From Candidatus Yanofskybacteria bacterium (GTDB lineage Bacteria; Patescibacteriota; Minisyncoccia; 2-02-FULL-40-12; GWA2-44-9), in the NCBI GenBank assembly GCA_903830625.1, contig CAIKUK010000024.1, positions 1 to 60,933 of the forward strand: a DNA stretch of 60,933 nucleotides, written 5' to 3'. Of this stretch, positions 18,133 to 26,072 are shown piece after piece (positions within the stretch are counted from its first letter, which is position 1; each line of letters begins with the position of its first letter). Under the pieces are notes generated by a model, which saw only the letters and a program-made list of their open reading frames with translations, was not told the origin of the DNA and searched no databases. Both the position numbers and the translations under genes were made by a program.

Positions 18133-19464
18133 ATGTTTAAATCGAAGATATTTAGATCCAGCGTCATTCTTGGCGTTTTTAGTTTTATGGCATCGGCGGT
18201 GGGATTATTGCGGGATCGGATATTTGCTTCGCAATTCGGGGCTTCGCGAACGCTGGATATTTATTACAGCGCTTTTAAGATTCCGGACCTGATTTTTAAT
18301 TTGTTTATTTTGGGGGCGGTCTCGGCGGCGTTTATTCCAGTCTTTATTCGGCAGTATCGGACAGATGAGAAAAAGGCCTGGGATGTCACGCGCAATTTTT
18401 TAAATATCGCCTTTACGGCCGTGATATTTTCTTGTGGTTTAATGATTGTTTTCATCCGGCCATTGGCGGCGCTAATCACACCCGGTTTTTCGGGAGCAGA
18501 CCGAGAAGCGGTGATTCAACTGATGCGGTTGATGCTTTTGAGCCCTATTATTTTTTCAGTGAGCACCATTATTGGTTCGGCTTTGCAGGCCTTGGAACGG
18601 TTCTGGGCGTTCGCGATTGCGCCGATTCTTTATAATGTGGGCATTATTATCGGGGCGATTTATTTCGTGCCCATCATGCGAGCGCATGGTTATCAGGAAG
18701 TGCTTGGTCTGGGCTTGGGCGTAATTCTCGGCGCGCTGATGCATCTGACGGTCCAGTTGATGGCCGCCTTTCGGGCCGGATTCAGATTTGGGCCAATATT
18801 TGATTGGTCGGACACAAACTTCCGTTCTATTTTGAAATTAATGATTCCGCGCACGATTGGTCTCGGCGCATTTAGTATCGATTCGACAATTATCAATGCT
18901 TTGGCCTCAATACTGGGAGCGGGGAGCATTGCCATGCTTAATTTTGCCAATAATCTTCAGTCTGTCCCGATTTCAGTGGTAGGTATTTCGGTTGCGATTG
19001 TGATATTTCCGCGACTATCATTTCATGCTTCTGGTAATGAAAAAGAAGAATTCAGACAGAAATTAAATATGGCGCTGAAAAACACAGCGATTATTGTGAC
19101 GACTGGTGCAGTGGCCCTATTTTTCTTGAGTGAATGGGTTGTCAGGATTTTGTTCGGTGTGGGTTTATTCCATGGCCAGAATATTGCCATTACCGCCGGC
19201 ATCTTGAGTTTGTATATGCTCGGAGTAACGGCTCAGAGTTTGATTCCAATTCTGTCGCGGGCTTTTTACGCGCTCCATAATACCAAAATCCCGGTCATTG
19301 TTTCTTTAATTTCAATCGCGGTTAATCTTTCGCTGGCATCATTTTTTACGTTTTATCTGCATTGGGATGTCCGGGGCCTGGCTTTGGCTTTTGCCATTGC
19401 CGGGAACGTGAATTTCTTCCTGCTCTGGATATTTTTCAAGCGATTTACAAAAACCAGTTTTTAA
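18133..19464 (+). CDS. murJ: Lipid II flippase MurJ/MviN
   Basis: GLLRDRIFASQFGA, DIYYSAFKIPDLIFNL, AFIPVF, RAFYALHNTKIPV. Confidence 0.9.
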   Translation: MFKSKIFRSSVILGVFSFMASAVGLLRDRIFASQFGASRTLDIYYSAFKIPDLIFNLFILGAVSAAFIPVFIRQYRTDEKKAWDVTRNFLNIAFTAVIFSCGLMIVFIRPLAALITPGFSGADREAVIQLMRLMLLSPIIFSVSTIIGSALQALERFWAFAIAPILYNVGIIIGAIYFVPIMRAHGYQEVLGLGLGVILGALMHLTVQLMAAFRAGFRFGPIFDWSDTNFRSILKLMIPRTIGLGAFSIDSTIINALASILGAGSIAMLNFANNLQSVPISVVGISVAIVIFPRLSFHASGNEKEEFRQKLNMALKNTAIIVTTGAVALFFLSEWVVRILFGVGLFHGQNIAITAGILSLYMLGVTAQSLIPILSRAFYALHNTKIPVIVSLISIAVNLSLASFFTFYLHWDVRGLALAFAIAGNVNFFLLWIFFKRFTKTSF

Positions 19465-19472
19465 CGTAGATT

Positions 19473-19736
19473 ATGGTCATGGAATATAGATTCAAACCAA
19501 AAAGAAGAGAAACGGAACCAGCAAAAGAAGTGTTTGAAACTCGTGAGGGTGTAAAACACCTAACAGGCTGGGCGATAAACACATTTGTTGAAGATGAATG
19601 GCGTATGAAGTCAAATGATAGAAGTGGAGTAAAGGAACACTTGTTAGAGTGTAAAGATTGCCAGGAAAAGGTAACCCAAAAAGCGGAAGAACCAGCAGAC
19701 GGTAAATCAAGAGCCATCCCGCCTGGAGATAAGTAG
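19473..19736 (+). CDS. Small protein with zf-HC2/ZAS-like zinc motif
   Basis: HLTGWAINTFVEDEW...VKEHLLECKDCQEKV (HxxxCxxC); fills the murJ-lepA gap in operon-like spacing. Confidence 0.6.
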   Translation: MVMEYRFKPKRRETEPAKEVFETREGVKHLTGWAINTFVEDEWRMKSNDRSGVKEHLLECKDCQEKVTQKAEEPADGKSRAIPPGDK

Positions 19737-19745
19737 TAACCACAA

Positions 19746-21539
19746 ATGAATATCAGGAATTTCGTCATCATCGCCCATATTGACCATGGAAAATCGACCC
19801 TCGCGGATCGATTTTTAGAATTGACCGGCACCGTGGAAAAAAGAAAAATGCATGAACAGTATTTGGATACGATGGAACTGGAGCAGGAACGGGGTATTAC
19901 CATCAAGCTTCAGCCGGTCCGGATGAATTACAACTACCAAGGCGAGGATTACATGCTCAATTTGATTGATACGCCGGGGCATGTAGATTTTACTTATGAA
20001 GTTTCCCGTTCTCTGGCGGCGGTGGAAGGAGCGATTCTTTTGGTGGATGCTTCCAAAGGTATTCAAGCCCAGACATTGGCTAATTTACACTTGGCTCAAC
20101 AGCAAAAATTGGTCATCATTCCGGTTTTAAATAAAATTGACTTACCCAATGCCCGCACGGCGCAAGTCAGGGAAGAGCTGTCTTATTTGCTGGGCGTGGA
20201 ACCGGAAGAGATTTTAGAAATATCGGCCAAAAGCGGCCAGGGTGTGGAAGAAGTTCTTAAAAAAGTAATTGCCAAAGTTCCGGCACCGGCCATGACCACT
20301 GATGGCGCCGAATTAAAAGCTTTAATCTTTGATTCCACGTTTGATACTTACAAAGGCGTCATTGCTTATGTCCGTGTTTTTAGTGGTTCATTTAAACAAA
20401 CCATGCCAATCGTGGCCTATGCTTCGCGGGCCAAAGCCGATGTTCTAGAAATTGGCTATTTTTCTCCTGGTTTGGTTGAGTCTAAGATTTTAGGTCCGGG
20501 CGAGATTGGGTACATTGCCACTGGCTTGAAAGATCCGGGTCTGATCCGTGTCGGCGATACTATTACCGGTCCGGCGATGCTGGAAAAACATTCTTTTAAG
20601 GCCTTGGCTGGATATAAAGAGCCTCGACCGATGGTCTTTGCCAGTTTTTTCCCGGTGGAAGGCGAAGCTTATGATTTACTCAAAGATGCGCTATCAAAGC
20701 TCAAACTGACCGACGCCTCGCTAATTTATGAACCAGAATCTTCCGCCGGCTTGGGCCGGGGATTTAGAGTTGGATTCTTGGGCATGCTTCACGTGGAAAT
20801 CATATCCGAGCGGTTACATCGGGAGTTCAATTTAAATCTGATCATCTCCACGCCTTCGGTGGAGTATTTGGTTGATTTAAAAAACGGCGAACAAGTTTCT
20901 ATCCGTTCGGCGGCGATGTTGCCCGATCCGTCCCGAGTGGAAGCCGTTTTGGAACCGATCGTGGCTTTGGAAATCTTAACCCCGATTACGTATTTGGGCG
21001 GAGTGATGGAATTAATCGCCACCTACCGCAATACTTATCAGGCGACGGAATATATCGGTAAAGAAACCGCGCTTCTTAAATATGACATGCCGTTATCCGA
21101 AATCGTGACCGATTTTTATGACCGACTGAAAAGCGTTTCTTCCGGTTATGCTTCCATGAGCTATGAACCGAAAGGCGTAACTAGAAATGATTTAATCCGA
21201 TTAGATGTGCTTATTGCCGGCGATTTGGTGGAACCATTTTCGCGCATCGTGCCGCGCGAAAAAGCCTATCTGGAAGGCCGGGCCATGGTCACGAAATTAA
21301 AAGAAGTTGTGCCGCCCCAAATGTTTGAAGTTTCCATTCAGGCCGCTATTGGAGGCAAGGTCATTGCCGCCGAATCTATCCGGGCCAAGAGAAAAGACGT
21401 CACTCAGCATATGTACGGCGGAGACATTACGCGGCGTCAAAAACTCTGGAAAAAACAAAAAGCAGGGAAAGAACGCATGAAAGAGACTGGCCGGGTAAAT
21501 CTTCCCCAAGAAGTTTTCTTAAAGATGCTAAAACGCTGA
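19746..21539 (+). CDS. lepA: Elongation factor 4 (LepA)
   Basis: IRNFVIIAHIDHGKSTLADR, RGITIK, DTPGHVDF, GFLGMLH, YGGDITRRQKL. Confidence 0.98.
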   Translation: MNIRNFVIIAHIDHGKSTLADRFLELTGTVEKRKMHEQYLDTMELEQERGITIKLQPVRMNYNYQGEDYMLNLIDTPGHVDFTYEVSRSLAAVEGAILLVDASKGIQAQTLANLHLAQQQKLVIIPVLNKIDLPNARTAQVREELSYLLGVEPEEILEISAKSGQGVEEVLKKVIAKVPAPAMTTDGAELKALIFDSTFDTYKGVIAYVRVFSGSFKQTMPIVAYASRAKADVLEIGYFSPGLVESKILGPGEIGYIATGLKDPGLIRVGDTITGPAMLEKHSFKALAGYKEPRPMVFASFFPVEGEAYDLLKDALSKLKLTDASLIYEPESSAGLGRGFRVGFLGMLHVEIISERLHREFNLNLIISTPSVEYLVDLKNGEQVSIRSAAMLPDPSRVEAVLEPIVALEILTPITYLGGVMELIATYRNTYQATEYIGKETALLKYDMPLSEIVTDFYDRLKSVSSGYASMSYEPKGVTRNDLIRLDVLIAGDLVEPFSRIVPREKAYLEGRAMVTKLKEVVPPQMFEVSIQAAIGGKVIAAESIRAKRKDVTQHMYGGDITRRQKLWKKQKAGKERMKETGRVNLPQEVFLKMLKR

Positions 21540-21803
21540 CCCTACCTCAGTAATACTTCCTAGCCGCGTTCTTTGCTATGTTATCCGATATGCTAGGCAC
21601 GACGAGGAAGAATACTGGTAGTATTCTGACGAGGAGTAACAAAGCAGATCGGGAACATAGCGAGAACCCTTCGGGATACGGCAAATTTTATCTATGTCTG
21701 CGTCGCTCGTCTTCGACATACTTCCGGTATGTCTTATCCTTGCTTCTTGACCTAGAAAAAATTTGCCAGTATCGCGGCATGAAAGTATTATTGAGGTAGG
21801 GTC
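21538..21803. repeat. 266-bp inverted-repeat/hairpin element at the lepA stop
   Basis: 31-bp imperfect inverted repeat (27/31) 21538-21568 / 21773-21803; internal hairpins GAATAC-TGGTA-GTATTC and GACATAC-TTCCG-GTATGTC. Confidence 0.65.
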
Positions 21804-21907
21804 TAGAATAGAGGGGCAGCCAGCATCACCATCATGCCCAAAATAACGATGACGGCGACGGCCATCCAAAAAATCCGAATTAGTCGGTGTTTCATCCACA
21901 TAGCCAT
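21803..21907 (-). CDS. Possible 34-aa single-TM peptide (not in ORF track)
   Basis: MAMWMKHRLIRIFWMAVAVIVILGMMVMLAAPLF*; positive N-terminus then hydrophobic helix. Confidence 0.3.
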   Translation of the reverse strand: MAMWMKHRLIRIFWMAVAVIVILGMMVMLAAPLF

Positions 21908-21921
21908 ATTTTAATATTTTT

Positions 21922-22293
21922 ATGCCTCTTCTGCAACGCAAAACCCTTGTTATTGTTCTCGCGGCACTTTTAGTGTGGCTGGGTTATGGGAGTTGGCAGG
22001 TTAGAGACCAGAGAACGGGTATGGATGTTCAAGTTAAAGATTTGGAATCCCGAGCCGCCGATTTGGAACAGAACAATAAATTTTTGGCGAGCTCCTCGGC
22101 TTATTTTGCCAGTGATGCTTATCTGGAACGACAAGCCCGTCTTAAGTTAAATTACAAACTGGCGGATGAACAGGTGGCGTTTGTTTATAAAGACACCAGC
22201 GTTAAAATTGCTTCGCCGTCCAAAGAATTCAAAGCCCAGCTGGCCGAGATGCCCAATTGGAAGAAGTGGTGGTATTATCTGCTCGGCTATTAA
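21922..22293 (+). CDS. FtsB/DivIC-like septum formation initiator
   Basis: N-terminal TM, coiled coil, YLERQARLKLNY...E.V motif. Confidence 0.75.
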   Translation: MPLLQRKTLVIVLAALLVWLGYGSWQVRDQRTGMDVQVKDLESRAADLEQNNKFLASSSAYFASDAYLERQARLKLNYKLADEQVAFVYKDTSVKIASPSKEFKAQLAEMPNWKKWWYYLLGY

Positions 22294-22330
22294 AATTAGA
22301 ATCTCGCCTTCGCGACTTCAGCGGACTGTG

Positions 22331-22364
22331 TCCGCCGTAGCTCGCTTCGGCGAGCGAAGGCGGA
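22331..22364. repeat. REP-like palindrome overlapping the tRNA-Gly 5' end
   Basis: TCCGCCGTAGCTCGC-TTCG-GCGAGCGAAGGCGGA; same architecture as 40074-40099. Confidence 0.55.
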
Positions 22365-22430
22365 ATTCGTATAGTGGTAATACGCGACCTTCCCAAGGTT
22401 GAGACACGAGTCCGATTCTCGTATTCCGCT
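22360..22430 (+). tRNA. tRNA-Gly(CCC), no encoded CCA
   Basis: Acceptor GCGGAAT/ATTCCGC; anticodon arm CGACC-TTCCCAA-GGTTG; T-loop TCCGATT. Confidence 0.9.
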
Positions 22431-22433
22431 CAA

Positions 22434-22772
22434 ATGAGAAAAATTTCTATCGCCCTTATTGTTGCTGTGCATCTGACCTGGCTTGTCATTCTTATCGTCA
22501 GCTTGCCATTGGTATTCTTGCGTCCTCATTACAACGTTGACGTTTTATATATCGTGGGCTTTACGCTTCTGATTCAGTTATTTTTCTGGAGCTGTCCGCT
22601 GACTTTGGCGGAAAATAAATTACGCGGCATCCAAGCCTATCCGGAAAAAACATTTATCGGCCATTACTTAAAAGTTTTATTTAACCTCCATATTCGCGAT
22701 CGGGTTATCAATGTTATTACCGCCTGTTACCTTATCGCTATCATTTTGGTCTCAGTTTTGAAATTCTTTTAG
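22434..22772 (+). CDS. DUF2784-like membrane protein (start ATG 22434)
   Basis: VHLTW, FFWSCPLTLAENKLRG, FIGHYL. Confidence 0.7.
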   Translation: MRKISIALIVAVHLTWLVILIVSLPLVFLRPHYNVDVLYIVGFTLLIQLFFWSCPLTLAENKLRGIQAYPEKTFIGHYLKVLFNLHIRDRVINVITACYLIAIILVSVLKFF

Positions 22773-22887
22773 TGATTTACTAAACGTCAAAATCTGGTAG
22801 AATACAAGCCAGATTCACTTAGTATTTTGACAACTGCTATCCACTTTTATATTTGGAAGTGGTCTGCAAATAGGATATACTTGATTT

Positions 22888-23337
22888 ATGTCGAATAGAA
22901 AACCAAGACCAAATTGTCCCATTTGTGGTAAAGAGCCATATCGTGCTTATTACAAATATTGTAGTAATAAATGTCAGATGGAGTATCAGTATCAGTGTTA
23001 TATAAAAAAATGGAAAAGTGGAGAGATAAACGGATTGCAGGGCATAGGGATTGTCTCGTCGCACGTTAAAAGATACTTGCGAAGAAAATTTGATAACAAA
23101 TGTTGTTTATGTGGCTGGGCAGAAGTTAATAAAAAAATCGGATATTCTCCACTAGTGGCGGACCACATTGATGGCAACTGGAGAAATAATGTCGAAAGTA
23201 ATCTTCGTTTAATTTGCCCAAATTGTGATTCACTAACTTCCACATATGCAGGGTTAAACAGGGGAAATGGTAGAAAAAATAGGGTTTTGAGTAAAAGAGC
23301 TAAAGAGGGTAGGTTGTTAGCGAATATGCCGGAGTAG
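22888..23337 (+). CDS. HNH endonuclease with N-terminal Zn finger
   Basis: CPIC...YCSNKC; CCLCG; DHIDGNWRNNVESNLRLICPNCDS; stop codon lies inside tRNA-Thr. Confidence 0.85.
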   Translation: MSNRKPRPNCPICGKEPYRAYYKYCSNKCQMEYQYQCYIKKWKSGEINGLQGIGIVSSHVKRYLRRKFDNKCCLCGWAEVNKKIGYSPLVADHIDGNWRNNVESNLRLICPNCDSLTSTYAGLNRGNGRKNRVLSKRAKEGRLLANMPE

Positions 23338-23403
23338 CTCAGATGGTAGAGCAGCCGATTCGTAATCGGCAGGCCGTGAGTTCAACTCTCACCTCCGGCT
23401 CCA
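23328..23403 (+). tRNA. tRNA-Thr(CGT), CCA encoded
   Basis: GCCGGAG/CTCCGGC acceptor; GCCGA-TTCGTAA-TCGGC; T-loop TTCAACT. Confidence 0.95.
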
Positions 23404-23419
23404 AGACGTCGGTTCTCAA

Positions 23420-23447
23420 TTGAAAAAAATCGTCGGCAAGGTATAAT
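23420..23447 (+). promoter_or_regulatory. sigma70 promoter, probably leaderless prfB
   Basis: TTGAAA-N16-TATAAT, then 6 nt to GTG 23454. Confidence 0.6.
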
Positions 23448-23453
23448 GAAAGA

Positions 23454-24188
23454 GTGACGGAATATGAGCACAATAAGGCTCTTTTATATATCTTTTCAGG
23501 GGCCGGTGGCACAGATGCTCAAGACTGGGCGTCCATGTTGCTCACAATGTATCGCAAATACTCGGCCAAGCAGGGCTGGGGTTTTACGATTTTGAGCCAG
23601 TCGTTCGGCGAACAGGATGGCACCAAGAATGCCGTCATTGAAATATCGGGTCCGAACTGCTATGAGATGCTTCGGCGGGAAAACGGCGTCCATCGCTTAG
23701 TCCGCATTTCGCCTTATTCAGCCAAAGATTTGCGCCACACATCATTTGCGCTGGTGGAGTTTATGCCCGAGATTATTGTCAAGAATTTTAAGATCAATCC
23801 TAACGATTTGCGGATAGATACGTACAGATCGTCAGGGCCGGGCGGGCAGAACGTGAATAAACTGGAAACGGCGGTGCGCATTACCCATCTTCCGACAGGC
23901 CTGGCCGTTGCCGTTCAGTCGGAACGGTCCCAAGTCCAGAATAAAGAAAAAGCGATGCAAGTGCTGGTCTCACGCCTGGCCCAAAAGATGGAGGCTGAAA
24001 AAACCCAAGAACTTTCGCAGTTGAAACCCCAAGTCGCGATCGAGTGGGGCAGTCAAATCAGGTCATATGTTTTGAACCCGTATCAAATGGTTAAAGACCA
24101 CCGCACGGGAGTAAAATCTTCTCAACCCGATAAAGTGCTCGATGGCGAGCTCGATAAATTTATCGCCGGCGAGAAAGAATTATCATAA
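23454..24188 (+). CDS. prfB: Peptide chain release factor 2 lacking domain 1
   Basis: SGAGGTDAQDWASML, ENGVHRLVRISPY (SPF variant), HTSFA, SSGPGGQNVNK, WGSQIRSYVLNPY, DHRTG. Confidence 0.9.
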   Translation: MTEYEHNKALLYIFSGAGGTDAQDWASMLLTMYRKYSAKQGWGFTILSQSFGEQDGTKNAVIEISGPNCYEMLRRENGVHRLVRISPYSAKDLRHTSFALVEFMPEIIVKNFKINPNDLRIDTYRSSGPGGQNVNKLETAVRITHLPTGLAVAVQSERSQVQNKEKAMQVLVSRLAQKMEAEKTQELSQLKPQVAIEWGSQIRSYVLNPYQMVKDHRTGVKSSQPDKVLDGELDKFIAGEKELS

Positions 24189-24871
24189 TGATCGAACTCA
24201 AAGATATTTTTACGATTTACGATGACGACTTCATGGCGTTGGACAGTATTAATTTAGAAATTAAAGACGGCGAGTTTGTTTCACTCGTCGGTCCGTCCGG
24301 CGCCGGCAAGTCCACGCTTTTGCGTCTCATGACCCGCGAATTGAAACCGAGCCAGGGCGACGTTATGATTGATGGCATCAACATCGCTGAGCTGACCACT
24401 GCCCAAGTGCCATTGCTCCGCCGGAAGATCGGCACGATTTTCCAGGATTTTAAATTATTGTCCCGTAAGAGTGCTTTTGAAAATGTCGCCTTTGCGCTGG
24501 AAGTTTCCGGGGCTGAACCGGAAGAAATAAACGAAGACGTGCCCAAAGTTTTAAATATCGTCGGCCTGACCGATAAAGCCAAGAATTTTCCTCATCAGTT
24601 GTCCGGCGGGGAGAAACAGCGCCTGGCTATTGCTCGGGCGCTGATTCATCGTCCGCGCATTCTTTTGGCCGATGAGCCGACCGGCAACCTCGATATGGTC
24701 AACAGCTACGATGTGGTAAAATTACTGATGAAGATTAACGAATTCGGGACGACGGTGATTTTGGCGACGCATAACCGCGAAGTGGTGAATGCCGTCGGTC
24801 GTCGCGTAATCAGTATGGAAAAAGGCAAAATTGTCCGGGACCAAGTGGAGCAAGGCAAATATATCATATGA
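24188..24871 (+). CDS. ftsE: Cell division ABC ATPase FtsE
   Basis: GPSGAGKST, IGTIFQDFKLL, LSGGEKQRLAIARA, LADEPTGNLD; upstream of ftsX. Confidence 0.93.
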   Translation: MIELKDIFTIYDDDFMALDSINLEIKDGEFVSLVGPSGAGKSTLLRLMTRELKPSQGDVMIDGINIAELTTAQVPLLRRKIGTIFQDFKLLSRKSAFENVAFALEVSGAEPEEINEDVPKVLNIVGLTDKAKNFPHQLSGGEKQRLAIARALIHRPRILLADEPTGNLDMVNSYDVVKLLMKINEFGTTVILATHNREVVNAVGRRVISMEKGKIVRDQVEQGKYII

Positions 24872-25776
24872 AAAAAGCGTTCAAAAGAATTTTCCGAAGC
24901 GGCTGGATTAATTTTAAGCGCAACAGCTATCTAAGTTTTGGCACCACCGGCATTATGGCCCTGGTGTTGCTTTTATTTTCAGGCCTGATGGTTTTAAATT
25001 ATGTTTCCGGGCAGATTGTGACCGGTCTGGAAGATAAAGTGGACATCAGTGTCTATTTTAAAAATAACGCTTCGGAAGACCAGGTCATGGCGGTGGAGCA
25101 GGATTTGGAAGCTCAATCGGACGTGGCAAGTGTCACCTATATCTCCAAAGATAAAGCGCTGGCCGATTTCAAAACCAACCATGCCGGCGACGCTTTAATC
25201 CAGCAATCGCTGGCCGAACTGGCCGATAATCCGTTGCAGTCGTCACTCAATGTCAAAGCCAAAGATTCCACCCAGTACGCGTCAATCGTGACCTTCATCG
25301 AAGGTAACAAGCTCCGGTCCGTGATTGATAAGATAAATTTCTATGAAAATGAAGCGGTCATCAACCGCGTGGAGAGCATTTCTAATGGCGTGGGCAATTA
25401 CGGATTGGGGATTACTCTGGTTTTGGCCTTTATCGCTGTCCTAGTAACTTTTAACACTATCCGCCTGACCATTTACAACCAAAAGAATGAAATCGAAATT
25501 ATGCGTCTGGTCGGCGGTTCCAACTGGCACGTCAAAGCCCCATTCCTGGTTGAAGGAGGATTGTACGGCATTTTCGCGGCCACAATCGCCATTGTTATTT
25601 TTTATCCGACGCTCTGGTTCGTCTCATCCAAAGTGGGCGTTCTTATTCCCGGTCTTAGTCTCCTTGGCTACTTCGGCGCTAATTTCTTCCAGTTCGTGCC
25701 GTTAATCTTTGCCCTAGGTATTTCTCTGGGGGTTATCTCCAGTTTCATCGCCATCAGAAGATTTCTAAAAGTTTAA
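24868..25776 (+). CDS. ftsX: Cell division permease FtsX
   Basis: 4-TM layout, NTIRLTIY..KNEIEIMRLVGGS, PFLVEG. Confidence 0.93.
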   Translation: MKKAFKRIFRSGWINFKRNSYLSFGTTGIMALVLLLFSGLMVLNYVSGQIVTGLEDKVDISVYFKNNASEDQVMAVEQDLEAQSDVASVTYISKDKALADFKTNHAGDALIQQSLAELADNPLQSSLNVKAKDSTQYASIVTFIEGNKLRSVIDKINFYENEAVINRVESISNGVGNYGLGITLVLAFIAVLVTFNTIRLTIYNQKNEIEIMRLVGGSNWHVKAPFLVEGGLYGIFAATIAIVIFYPTLWFVSSKVGVLIPGLSLLGYFGANFFQFVPLIFALGISLGVISSFIAIRRFLKV

Positions 25777-25938
25777 TTTTGGCGATCTGCTTTGTTGCGG
25801 GTTGCAGCCATTTTTCTCTTATGGCTGGCTACGCACAGCCAAGAAAAATGGCCTGCGGTACTCATTCGCCGTATCCCTAATACGGCTCATTCCGTTCCTC
25901 GCCCGCGCCTCGCATCTCATCCAAAATTAAACTTTTAG
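25765..25938. repeat. 174-bp inverted-repeat/hairpin element at the ftsX stop
   Basis: Perfect 18-bp inverted repeat CTAAAAGTTTAATTTTGG / CCAAAATTAAACTTTTAG; internal stems GCCATTTTTCT/AGAAAAATGGC and GCCGTAT/ATACGGC. Confidence 0.7.
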
Positions 25939-25998
25939 CCTGAACAGAGGTTGAAAAGCCTCGTTTTGTGTTGTATAATTGCGAAGTTAGAAATTTTT

Positions 25999-26069
25999 TG
26001 CCGGGTCTGCTAATGGTAGGCATCGTGACTCTGAATCACGCAATCTTGGTCCGAATCCAAGCCCGGCAG
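25999..26069 (+). tRNA. tRNA-Gln(CTG), no encoded CCA
   Basis: TGCCGGG/CCCGGCA acceptor; CGTGA-CTCTGAA-TCACG; T-loop TCCGAAT. Confidence 0.9.
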
Positions 26070-26072
26070 CAT

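Noticed and set aside
18133-19464. MurJ shorter than the usual 500 or so aa; possible pseudogene
   Set aside because: The frame is clean, the core motifs are intact, and it ends after a TM helix; no sign of a frameshift.
20785-20800. parS-like TGCTTCACGTGGAAAT
   Set aside because: Only 12/16 to consensus, not palindromic, and explained by the conserved lepA GMLHVE codons.
21576-21941. ORF-track proteins of 121 aa (minus) and 73 aa (plus)
   Set aside because: Both mostly span the inverted-repeat element and show no protein-like motifs.
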